Assembly: GCA_003140935.1 (NCBI GenBank) | Contig: PLLJ01000042.1 | Location: forward strand, 10,144 to 74,143 | Origin: Candidatus Omnitrophota bacterium | GTDB lineage: Bacteria; Omnitrophota; Omnitrophia; Omnitrophales; Aquincolibacteriaceae | Length of the DNA: 64,000 nucleotides | Direction: 5' to 3' | Shown: one piece after another, positions 35,999-44,292 of the stretch | How the letters are laid out: each line of letters begins with the position of its first letter | Position numbering within the stretch: the first letter of the stretch is position 1 | Notes under the pieces: generated by a model | What the model was told of the DNA's origin: nothing | Seen by the model: the letters and a program-made list of their open reading frames with translations, nothing else | Databases searched by the model: none | Translations under genes and position numbers: made by a program

Positions 35999-38900
35999 AT
36001 GAGTCCTCGTCGCACCCAAAAGAGAATCAAGCGCGCCCGACAGATGCCCAGCCATTCCGGAGCAGCCTCCCTTCAAGCCTCGAAAAAGGTCCCTCAAAAA
36101 TTTCAATGGCGAACCCTCCGTCAGCAACGAACAAAGGGCATCCCTCTGGAAAGCGGGCTGGGCTGGAGAACTATTTTTGAGAATTCCCATGATGGTATTT
36201 TAATCGCGGATCTAGCCCGAAAAAAATTCTTGGATTGCAACAAAAAGATCACAAAGATGTTGAAATACTCCAAAGCGGAGATCCTCTCTTTATCCGTCAA
36301 AGACCTTCATCCGGCGAAGGGATTGAAACGTGCTCTGAAGGGGTTCCATCACTTGGCGAAGGGGCTGGCGTCGGTCGTGGTTGATATCCCGATGAAACGC
36401 AAGGACGGGAGTTCCTTTTACGCGGACATCAGCTGCGCGCGCGTGGAATTTTCCGGCCGTAAATATTTAGTCGGCTTTTTCCGCGATGTCAGCGAACGCA
36501 AAGGATCCGAAGAAGCGCTGATGGAAAGCGAGGAAATGTTCAGGACGTTCACGGAGCGGTCGCCTAACATGATCTTCATCAATCAGGGCGGAAAGGTCGT
36601 TTATGCGAATCCCAAGTGCGAAGAGATCATGGGATATAAACGCGAAGAATTCTATTCGCCGCGGTTCAGTTTTTTGACCCTTATGCACCCGGACGACGTT
36701 CCCGCGGTCCGGCGCAGTTTTTTCACGCACCAGAAAGGCAAAGAAGTCCCTCCCTACGAATACAAAATGCTCACCAAGGGCGGGAAACTGATCCGGGGTA
36801 TTTTGACGTCCAAACTTATCCACTATCGCGGTGCTCCGGCCATTTTGGGGATCATCACGGATATTTCCGATCGCAAAAAGGCGGAGGATGCGCTGCGCGA
36901 AAGTGAAAATCGTTTCCGGAAAATCATCGAACATTCGCCGATCGCGATGGCCATTGTCAGTACGGAGGGCGTGATCGAGTATATTAATCAGAAGGCCATC
37001 AAGGTTTTTGGCTACTTGCCTAAAGAGATCCCGACCATGGAAAGGTGGTGGGTTCAGGCTTATCCGGACAGAGATTACCGTAAGGAAGTTATTGCCGATT
37101 GGATGGGGCGCGTTCAACGGGGCATCGCGTCAGGCGGCGAAATCAAAGGTTCTGAATATCGGGTGACCTGCAAGGATCGCACTGTGAAGACGATGTTCAT
37201 CTCAGGGGCCTATATCGCCGGAAAGATATTCGTTTTGTTCGACGACATCACCGAGCGCTGGGAGGCAGCGGAGGCGCTGCGCGAAAGCGAGAAAAAATAC
37301 AAGCACCTGATCGAAACGACGGGGACGGGCTACGTGGCCCTCGATGAGTGGAGCCGGGTGACCGATGCCAACCCGGAATACGTACGGATGACCGGTCGTA
37401 AAAAGTTGAGCGAGATCTTGGGTCACAAGGTGCAGGAATGGACCGCTCCGTACGATCGCGAACGGAACAAACTTGAAGTGAAAAAATGTTTCAAGCGGGG
37501 TTTCGTGCGCAACCTTGAGGTCGACTACCAAACACCCGCCGGCCAGATTATCCCCATTGAGATCAACGCCACCGTGATCCGTGACGCCGGTCCTGTCCGG
37601 ATCGTGACGATATGCCGCGACATCACCAAGCGCAAGCGGGCGGAAACATCCTTGGCTCAACGTGAAGCCCATATTTCTGGCATCATCGAGAATCAGCCCG
37701 GGATGGTGTGGCTGAAGGATACGCATAGCCGGTTTCTTGTCGTCAATCAGAAATTTTCCGATGTCGCCGGAGGTAAAAACCCCACAAAAATGATCGGAAA
37801 AACGGATTTCGATTTTTGGCCGAAAGACCTTGCCCGAAGGTATCGGGCGGATGATAAAAGGGCCATGAGGACCGGAAAGTCACTCGTGGTGGAGGAACCT
37901 ATTTTAGACAGGGGCGTCCGGAAATGGCATGAGACTTTCAAGACACCGGTCGTGAATGAAAAGGGGCGTATCATCGGAACGACCGGTTATGCCCGGGACA
38001 TCACAGAGCGTAAGAGGACAGAAGCGGTGCTCAAGGAGAGCGAAGAAAAATTCCGCGCCATGTTCGAAACTTCTCCGAGCGGCATGGCTCTGTGCGAAAT
38101 GGATGGGACGCTAGTCCAGGTGAACCAGGCCTATCTGGACATCATCGGGTATACCCGTAAAGAAGCGTTAAAGCTGACTTACTGGGATCTGACGCCGAAG
38201 GAATATGCCGCGGGGGAAGCCCAACAGCTTCGTTCCATGGGAAAAACCGGGCGGTACGGTCCCTACGAGAAGGAATACATCCGTAAAACGGGGGAGCGGG
38301 TCCCGGTTTTGCTCAATGGAGCGGTCGTGACAGGGGTCGATGGCAAGAAACGTATCTGGTCGGTCGTTTTTGATATCACCGAACGCAAACGGGCGGAAGA
38401 AGCACTGAAACAATCTCTTTCTCTCCAAAACGCCACTTTGGAATCGACCGCGGACGGGATCCTTGTCGTGGATCGGGAGGGTAAGGTCGCGGATTTCAAC
38501 GAAAGATTCAAATACTTGTGGCGCATTCCCAAAAAGGTTCTTGCAACGCGTGATGACAAGAAACTGTTGCAGCTGGTTTTAAAACAATTGAAGACCTCCC
38601 CTCGTTTTCTTGCCCGCGTTCAGTGGTACTATGCCCATCCGCGGAAAAGTGGTTTTGATGTCCTGGAATTCAAGGACGGGAGGGTTTTTGAACGGGAAAC
38701 GCATCCGCAATGGGTGGAGAATAAACCCGTGGGGCGCGTGTGGAGCTTTCGCGATGTGACCGAGCGTAAGAAATCAGAAGAACTGCTCCGGAATACCGCC
38801 AAGGAGTGGCGTACCACGTTCAATGCGGTCGGCGATGCCGTGTGGCTCCTCAGTCTGGATGGGCGGATCCTTCAAACCAACAAAGCGGCTTCCAAAATGT

Positions 38901-40984
38901 TGGGAAAAAATACTGCTAGGATCCTCGGGCAATATTGCTGCGAAGTCATGCATAGTTCTAAAACGCCTCCTCCCGGATGTCCCCTGCGGCGTTTGCGGAA
39001 AAGCCTTCATCGCGAATCCTGGGAGACGTCGTTCTTGAACCGTTGGTTCCGGATCACGGTGGATCCCGTCTTGAACGAGCGGGGCGCCTTGATCGGGATT
39101 GTTCATATTGTCAGCGATATCACGGACCGTAAACGGGCGGACGAGGCGGTGATGAAGATCACCCGGTTCAACGAATCGATCATTAGCAGTTTGCCCGGCA
39201 TTTTTTATATTTTTAACAATCAAGGAAAATTTTTACGGGTCAATGAAAGGTTTTTGGAAGTCACGAAATACTCCCTGAAGCAGGTGTATAAAATGCATCC
39301 GTTTGATTTTTTCACCCAAAACGAAAAGGCGAAGGTCAAAGATACGATCGAGAAGGTCTTTGAAAAAGGCGAATCCTTTATCGAGGCCGATCTTTTGGGC
39401 AAAGATGGAAAAAAGACGCCTTTTTATTTCACGGGAGTCCGGGTTGTGATAGACGGGATTCCTCTCTTGGTGGGAGTGGGGATCGACGTTACCGAACGAA
39501 GAAGAGCGAAAGAAGCCGTCGTGGCCAGCGAACGCCGTCTTGCCCATTTGATGGCCGATCTTCCGGGCATGGTCTACCGGTGCAGGAACGAGCGGGATTG
39601 GCCCATATTTTTCGTCAGCGAAGGCTGTTTGCCGCTGACGGGGCACAGAAAAAAGGATTTTGAGTCCCACCGGGTCTTCTATAACGATCTCATCCACCGC
39701 GATGACCAGGAGCGTGTCTGGAACGCCGTGCAGGAAGCCCTAGCAGTAAAAAAATATTTCGAATTAACTTACCGGATCTGGACAAAAAAACACGAGGAAA
39801 AATGGGTTTGGGAACGCGGCCACGGTGTTTGGAACGATTCCGGTGAATTTATGTATCTTGACGGGTTCATCACCGACATCACCGCTCGCAAGCGAGCTGA
39901 GGACTTTCTCAGGGAACACCGGCATCAGTTACTCCAGGTCATTGATACGGTGCCGCATATGATATTCGCCGAGGATGGAAAAGGCCGGTTCTTGCTCGTG
40001 AATCGCGCGGTGGCCCAAGCGTACGGAAAGGAACCCAGAGACCTCATCGGGGTTCTGAGGCAGGACATGCATAAAGTTCGCGAAGAGGCCGAACATTTTT
40101 CGGCAAACGACAAGGAGGTTCTGGAGAGCGGTAAATCCAAGATCATTCCGGGGGAGATTTTCACGGACGTTCATGGGCGGAAGCATGTTCTCCAGACGAT
40201 CAAGATCCCGTTTAGGTTGGTGGGGGCAAAAGAGGATTGTATTTTGGGGGTGTCGGTGGACGTGACGGAGCAAAAAAAAGTCGAAGATTTCCGCAATGAG
40301 ATCATAAGGACCGTTTCCCATGAGCTCCGCACGCCGCTTTCGATCCAAAAAGAGGGTATCAGTCTACTTATGGATGAGATGGTAGGACCCATAAGTGTCG
40401 GACAAAAGGAGATCCTCGAAGCGGTCATGCGGAGCATCGATCGTTTGGCCCGCATGATCTCGAATCTTCTGGATGTTTCGAGTATCGAAACCCGAAAGAT
40501 CAAGTTCTTCCAAAAGATGACGAATTTGGAAGATCTTATAAAGGATGTGTTGCTCGAGTTTAAAAAGCGGGCATTCGAGAAGCATATCGATCTTAGCATG
40601 AAACCGTTGGGGAGCCCGGTCCGGGTTCTTATCGATCCGGACAAAATCACACAGGTTCTGAGCAATCTGGTGGATAATGCTATCAAGTTCACCCCGGAGG
40701 GAGGGACCGTGAAGATCTCTCTCGCTGTGCTAGAGAATGAATTGGAGTGCGAGGTCCGGGATAGCGGGATCGGGATCACTCCTGAGAATCTCGGCAAGGC
40801 GTTTGAAAAATTCCAACAATTTTCGCGGACGGACGGGCCGGGAGAAAAAGGGTTCGGGCTTGGGCTTTCGATCGCGAAGGGGATCATCGAATTGCATGGA
40901 GGCCGGATCTGGATAAAAAGCGAATTCGGCAAAGGGACGTGTGTGATGTTCTCATTACCGCTTTACCAAGGAAGACAGGGCTAA
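35999..40984 (+). CDS. Cytoplasmic multi-PAS sensor histidine kinase (about 10-11 tandem PAS/PAC domains, HisKA, HATPase_c), 1661 aa
   Basis: Repeated PAS cores followed by PAC boxes (ITERK / ITDRK / VTERK recur about 10 times). H-box VSHELRTPLS; N-box LVDNAIKFT; G-boxes DSGIGIT and GFGLGLSIAKG. No TM helices. Confidence 0.85.
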   Translation: MSPRRTQKRIKRARQMPSHSGAASLQASKKVPQKFQWRTLRQQRTKGIPLESGLGWRTIFENSHDGILIADLARKKFLDCNKKITKMLKYSKAEILSLSVKDLHPAKGLKRALKGFHHLAKGLASVVVDIPMKRKDGSSFYADISCARVEFSGRKYLVGFFRDVSERKGSEEALMESEEMFRTFTERSPNMIFINQGGKVVYANPKCEEIMGYKREEFYSPRFSFLTLMHPDDVPAVRRSFFTHQKGKEVPPYEYKMLTKGGKLIRGILTSKLIHYRGAPAILGIITDISDRKKAEDALRESENRFRKIIEHSPIAMAIVSTEGVIEYINQKAIKVFGYLPKEIPTMERWWVQAYPDRDYRKEVIADWMGRVQRGIASGGEIKGSEYRVTCKDRTVKTMFISGAYIAGKIFVLFDDITERWEAAEALRESEKKYKHLIETTGTGYVALDEWSRVTDANPEYVRMTGRKKLSEILGHKVQEWTAPYDRERNKLEVKKCFKRGFVRNLEVDYQTPAGQIIPIEINATVIRDAGPVRIVTICRDITKRKRAETSLAQREAHISGIIENQPGMVWLKDTHSRFLVVNQKFSDVAGGKNPTKMIGKTDFDFWPKDLARRYRADDKRAMRTGKSLVVEEPILDRGVRKWHETFKTPVVNEKGRIIGTTGYARDITERKRTEAVLKESEEKFRAMFETSPSGMALCEMDGTLVQVNQAYLDIIGYTRKEALKLTYWDLTPKEYAAGEAQQLRSMGKTGRYGPYEKEYIRKTGERVPVLLNGAVVTGVDGKKRIWSVVFDITERKRAEEALKQSLSLQNATLESTADGILVVDREGKVADFNERFKYLWRIPKKVLATRDDKKLLQLVLKQLKTSPRFLARVQWYYAHPRKSGFDVLEFKDGRVFERETHPQWVENKPVGRVWSFRDVTERKKSEELLRNTAKEWRTTFNAVGDAVWLLSLDGRILQTNKAASKMLGKNTARILGQYCCEVMHSSKTPPPGCPLRRLRKSLHRESWETSFLNRWFRITVDPVLNERGALIGIVHIVSDITDRKRADEAVMKITRFNESIISSLPGIFYIFNNQGKFLRVNERFLEVTKYSLKQVYKMHPFDFFTQNEKAKVKDTIEKVFEKGESFIEADLLGKDGKKTPFYFTGVRVVIDGIPLLVGVGIDVTERRRAKEAVVASERRLAHLMADLPGMVYRCRNERDWPIFFVSEGCLPLTGHRKKDFESHRVFYNDLIHRDDQERVWNAVQEALAVKKYFELTYRIWTKKHEEKWVWERGHGVWNDSGEFMYLDGFITDITARKRAEDFLREHRHQLLQVIDTVPHMIFAEDGKGRFLLVNRAVAQAYGKEPRDLIGVLRQDMHKVREEAEHFSANDKEVLESGKSKIIPGEIFTDVHGRKHVLQTIKIPFRLVGAKEDCILGVSVDVTEQKKVEDFRNEIIRTVSHELRTPLSIQKEGISLLMDEMVGPISVGQKEILEAVMRSIDRLARMISNLLDVSSIETRKIKFFQKMTNLEDLIKDVLLEFKKRAFEKHIDLSMKPLGSPVRVLIDPDKITQVLSNLVDNAIKFTPEGGTVKISLAVLENELECEVRDSGIGITPENLGKAFEKFQQFSRTDGPGEKGFGLGLSIAKGIIELHGGRIWIKSEFGKGTCVMFSLPLYQGRQG

Positions 40985-40988
40985 GGCC

Positions 40989-41366
40989 ATGCCTGAGGAA
41001 AAAAGAAAGATCCTTTTTGTCGATGATGAACCGGACCAGATCCTGATGATCTCCCTCAGGCTGCAGAAAAGCGGTTATGCGGTCGTCTCCGCCGCGGATG
41101 GAGAAGAGGGTTTGAAGAAAGCCTTTGAAGAAAAGCCCGCTCTTATTCTGTTGGACATGCTCATGCCAGGCATAGACGGTTTTGAGGTTTGTCGCCGGCT
41201 TCGTAAAAATCCCGTCACAAAAAACATTCCGGTCATCGCCACCACGGCGGCGGGCGTCGACGACATCGAATTCCAGTGCCGTGCGGCCGGGGCCGACGAT
41301 TGCATCCGGAAACCCTACGATTCCGCAGACCTTCTCACGAAAATCCGCCAACTGCTTAAGGCATGA
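40989..41366 (+). CDS. Single-domain response regulator (receiver only)
   Basis: ILFVDDEPD ... LILLDMLMPGIDG ... VIATTA ... K. Starts 5 nt after the kinase stop. Confidence 0.85.
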   Translation: MPEEKRKILFVDDEPDQILMISLRLQKSGYAVVSAADGEEGLKKAFEEKPALILLDMLMPGIDGFEVCRRLRKNPVTKNIPVIATTAAGVDDIEFQCRAAGADDCIRKPYDSADLLTKIRQLLKA

Positions 41367-41403
41367 CCCCACAAATCATGATCAAAGGGAAAGGCATCCT
41401 TCT

Positions 41404-42120
41404 GTGAGATCGTTGAACAGCAAACAGATCATTGATGCCTTGACTAAGATCAGCGATGCGGTCATTTCGGACCTGTATTTGGAAGAGATCCTTAAATTGA
41501 TCGTGACGGTGACCGCAGAGGTCATGCATTCCAAGATATGTTCCCTCATGCTCCTGGAAAAGTCCACCAATGAGCTAGTCGTCAAAGCGACCCAATCCGT
41601 CAGTGAGTTCTATAACAAAAAACCCAACGCAAAGCTCGGGGAAGGCATCGCCGGAAGGGCGGCCCAGCTTGGAGAACCGATCACCGTTCTTGATGTGCGG
41701 AAGGACAAACGCTATCTCAATCAAGCGATCGCCAAAAAAGAGAACCTTTGTTCTCTCTTAAGCATGCCGCTTATTTACAAGGGAAATGTCATCGGAGTGC
41801 TGAACTGTTATACGGCCAAGCCGCGTCCCTTTAGCCCAAACGAGATACGCGTCATCAAATCGATCGCGAACCAGGCCGCGATCGTCATTGAGAACTTCCG
41901 GTTGGTCGTAGAATCGCAAGTGATCCAGGAAGAACTGGAATCAAGGAAGGCGATTGAGCGCGCCAAAGGCATTTTGATGAAAAGGGAGAACTTAAGCGAA
42001 CAGGGGGCTTATAAGCTCATCCGTAAGTACAGCATGGATAAACGGAAGAGCATGAGGGAGGTCTCGGAGGCCATCCTTTTAAGCGCGGAGATGCAGAGAT
42101 TTTCATCCGGCAAAGAATGA
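41404..42120 (+). CDS. GAF-ANTAR protein (RNA-binding antiterminator with a GAF sensor domain); probable GTG start
   Basis: The GAF region (IVTVTAEVMHSKICSLMLLEK...NCYTAKPRPFSPNEIRVIKSIANQAAIVIEN) is followed by an ANTAR signature (ESRKAIERAKGILMKRENLSEQGAYKLIRKYSMDKRKSMREVSEAIL). The track ORF starts further upstream, inside the receiver gene in a different frame; GTG at 41404 follows a GGGAAAGG RBS. Confidence 0.75.
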   Translation: MRSLNSKQIIDALTKISDAVISDLYLEEILKLIVTVTAEVMHSKICSLMLLEKSTNELVVKATQSVSEFYNKKPNAKLGEGIAGRAAQLGEPITVLDVRKDKRYLNQAIAKKENLCSLLSMPLIYKGNVIGVLNCYTAKPRPFSPNEIRVIKSIANQAAIVIENFRLVVESQVIQEELESRKAIERAKGILMKRENLSEQGAYKLIRKYSMDKRKSMREVSEAILLSAEMQRFSSGKE

Positions 42121-42128
42121 GATTAGGA

Positions 42129-42156
42129 TTGGCAATCAGAATTTCCGTGCTATAAT
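42129..42156 (+). promoter_or_regulatory. Sigma-70-like promoter TTGGCA-N16-TATAAT for the gdhA leader
   Basis: Hexamers read directly, with 16-nt spacing. Confidence 0.45.
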
Positions 42157-42166
42157 CCCACTGCTG

Positions 42167-42209
42167 AACACAAAGTGAGTGTTTGGTGGAAAGAAAGCGA
42201 AGCGGCGCT
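42167..42209 (+). promoter_or_regulatory. Candidate ANTAR dual-hairpin target: P1 AACAC-[AAAGTGA]-GTGTT and P2 AGCG-[AAGCGG]-CGCT, with P2 overlapping the 5' arm of the leader terminator
   Basis: Two small stem-loops 12 nt apart with A-initiated loops. The 3' half of P2 (GCGCT) lies inside the terminator stem GGCGCTC. Confidence 0.45.
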
Positions 42210-42230
42210 CTGAGAAGAGCGCCTTTTTTG
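42204..42230 (+). terminator. Intrinsic terminator within the gdhA 5' leader (attenuator)
   Basis: ggcgctc-tgagaa-gagcgcc followed by ttttttg, about 150 nt upstream of the gdhA start. Confidence 0.6.
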
Positions 42231-42377
42231 TTTCAGTCCAGCAACACAGGATAAAGACGTCCTTCTTGGCAGGAGTTTTTGCCGGGAAGGATTTTTTTTT
42301 GGCAAAAGTGCTTTAGCACCGTAAACCAGGGGCGGGGACATTTGGGTCCTCAAAACATCAAAAAAGGGGTGAAAACA

Positions 42378-43742
42378 ATGGCAAAAACAGGGGAAAGTTC
42401 AGCGGAAAAAGAGATCAACGCGTTCATGAAAAAAGTGAGTGCCAGAAATCCCGGTGAAAAGGAATTTCTTCAAGCGGTCCGGGAAGTGGTGGATTCCGTA
42501 ACGCCTTTTATCGAAAAACACCCCAGGTATAGAAATGCGAAGATCCTGGAAAGAATGGTCGAGCCGGAGCGTGTGATCATGTTCCGGGTTCCCTGGCTTG
42601 ATGACAAGGGAGAGATCCAGATCAATCGTGGTTTCCGTATTCAGATGAACAGCGCGATCGGTCCCTACAAGGGCGGTATTCGCCTTCACCCGAGTGTCAA
42701 TCTCGGCATCCTGAAGTTTTTAGCGTTCGAACAAGTGTTCAAGAACAGCCTCACCACGCTGCCCATGGGCGGGGCGAAGGGCGGTTCAGATTTTGATCCC
42801 AAAGGGAAATCCGATAACGAGGTCATGAAGTTCTGTCAGAGTTTCATGCTGGAGCTCTCCCGTCATATCGGACCGGATACGGACGTTCCGGCCGGCGATA
42901 TCGGCGTGGGTGGCCGCGAGATCGGTTTTATGTTCGGCCAGTACAAGAGAATCCGTAATGAATTCACCGGCGTTCTGACCGGAAAGGCCCTGAGTTGGGG
43001 TGGCAGTCTTATCCGTCCCGAGGCCACCGGCTATGGCTGCGTTTATTTCGTCGAAGAAATGATGAAGACGAGAAAAATGTCCCTGGCAGGGAAGACCTGC
43101 GTTGTTTCCGGTTCGGGGAACGTCGCGCAGTATACCGTGGAAAAACTTAATGAGCTTGGCGCCAAAGTCGTCACCTTGTCGGATTCGGACGGTTACATCT
43201 ATGACAAAAAAGGCATTGACGCGAAAAAATTGCAGTTCGTCATGGAGCTCAAAAACGTAAAGCGCGGACGCATCAAGGAGTATGCGGACGAATTCGGCTG
43301 CGAATATGTGGCCGGTCAAAGACCGTGGAAAGTCGAGTGCGATGTGGCTTTTCCGAGCGCCACGCAGAACGAGATCAGCGGGAACGACGCAAAGGCCCTC
43401 GTCAAGAACGGTTGTATCGCGATCGGCGAAGGCGCCAACATGCCGACCACGCCGGAAGGCATCGAAGTATTCCAGAAGGCAAAGATCCTCTATGCCCCCG
43501 GCAAGGCGGCGAATGCCGGCGGGGTAGCGACTTCGGGTCTGGAAATGAGCCAGAACAGCATGAGGCTTCGCTGGTCCCGCAAGGAAGTCGATGAAAAACT
43601 GCACGGGATCATGGTCTCGATCCACGAGAGCTGCGTGAAATACGGCAAGGAAGACGCGAAGTATATCAACTACGTCAACGGCGCCAACATCGCGGGGTTC
43701 GTGAAAGTTGCGGATGCCATGATTGATCAAGGCTTGGTCTAG
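42378..43742 (+). CDS. gdhA: NADP-specific glutamate dehydrogenase
   Basis: The Glu/Leu/Phe/Val dehydrogenase active-site region (LPMGGAKGGSDFDPKGKSDNEV) and a Rossmann GSGNVAQY. RBS GGGGTGA before the ATG at 42378. The track ORF begins earlier, in the leader. Confidence 0.9.
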   Translation: MAKTGESSAEKEINAFMKKVSARNPGEKEFLQAVREVVDSVTPFIEKHPRYRNAKILERMVEPERVIMFRVPWLDDKGEIQINRGFRIQMNSAIGPYKGGIRLHPSVNLGILKFLAFEQVFKNSLTTLPMGGAKGGSDFDPKGKSDNEVMKFCQSFMLELSRHIGPDTDVPAGDIGVGGREIGFMFGQYKRIRNEFTGVLTGKALSWGGSLIRPEATGYGCVYFVEEMMKTRKMSLAGKTCVVSGSGNVAQYTVEKLNELGAKVVTLSDSDGYIYDKKGIDAKKLQFVMELKNVKRGRIKEYADEFGCEYVAGQRPWKVECDVAFPSATQNEISGNDAKALVKNGCIAIGEGANMPTTPEGIEVFQKAKILYAPGKAANAGGVATSGLEMSQNSMRLRWSRKEVDEKLHGIMVSIHESCVKYGKEDAKYINYVNGANIAGFVKVADAMIDQGLV

Positions 43743-43764
43743 GACCGGGACGTAGTTCTAAGGG

Positions 43765-43793
43765 CAGGGCCCCTTTTGGGGCCCTGTTTTTTT
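43765..43793 (+). terminator. Rho-independent terminator after gdhA
   Basis: cagggcccc-tttt-ggggccctg followed by ttttttt. Confidence 0.75.
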
Positions 43794-43796
43794 AGG

Positions 43797-43825
43797 TTGA
43801 CAAATGATACAAGAACGGTATCATT
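43797..43825 (+). promoter_or_regulatory. TTGACA -35 hexamer followed by the perfect inverted repeat AATGATAC-N7-GTATCATT (which contains TATCAT), immediately upstream of the Rrf2 gene; a candidate autoregulatory operator
   Basis: An 8-bp perfect palindrome arm read directly. The -10-like TATCAT sits 6-7 nt from the ATG at 43831, implying a leaderless or very short-leader transcript. Confidence 0.4.
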
Positions 43826-43830
43826 ACGCG

Positions 43831-44292
43831 ATGAAACTTATCACACGCAACACCGATTACGCGATGCGCGCCCTTTGTTATATCGCAGGACAGAGTAAAA
43901 CGTCCGTGTCTGCCGAAGAAATGGTAACGCGACTCAAGATCCCGAGGCCTTTTTTAAGGAAGATCCTCCAGATTTTAAGCGGCGAAGGTTTATTGAAGTC
44001 CACCAAAGGACAGGGAGGCGGGTTCTCTTTAGCTTGTTCCAAGGAGAAAGTTCTTCTGACGGACTTGATACGGATCTTTCAAAATACGATCCAATTGAAC
44101 GAATGTGTTTTCAAGAAAAAAACATGTCCCAACCGGAGCACCTGTATGTTGAAGAAGAAAATCGATTCCATCGAGCGAGACGTATTCAAAAGGCTTCGCG
44201 GGATATCGATCGCCTCTTTGATACATGACGGGAACGGTTCGCGTTCGCATCCGAAGGGAAAATGTCATGGCCATTCTGCAAGCCGCCACTGA
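43831..44292 (+). CDS. Rrf2-family transcriptional regulator (NsrR/IscR-like)
   Basis: An N-terminal winged-helix region (MKLITRNTDYAMRALCYIAGQ...) typical of Rrf2, and Cys residues in the C-terminal half. 154 aa. Confidence 0.75.
   Translation: MKLITRNTDYAMRALCYIAGQSKTSVSAEEMVTRLKIPRPFLRKILQILSGEGLLKSTKGQGGGFSLACSKEKVLLTDLIRIFQNTIQLNECVFKKKTCPNRSTCMLKKKIDSIERDVFKRLRGISIASLIHDGNGSRSHPKGKCHGHSASRH

Noticed and set aside
41182-41403. The track ORF 41182-42120 starts inside the receiver gene in another frame
   Set aside because: The upstream 74 codons overlap the well-conserved receiver in a different frame and give a Ser/Arg/Pro-rich low-complexity peptide. The conserved GAF begins after the in-frame GTG at 41404, which has a proper RBS, so the upstream extension is treated as spurious.
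42279-42377. N-terminal extension of gdhA in the track (start at 42279)
   Set aside because: The extension would run through the leader terminator and has no homology. The GdhA alignment begins at MAKTGESS (42378), which has a good RBS.
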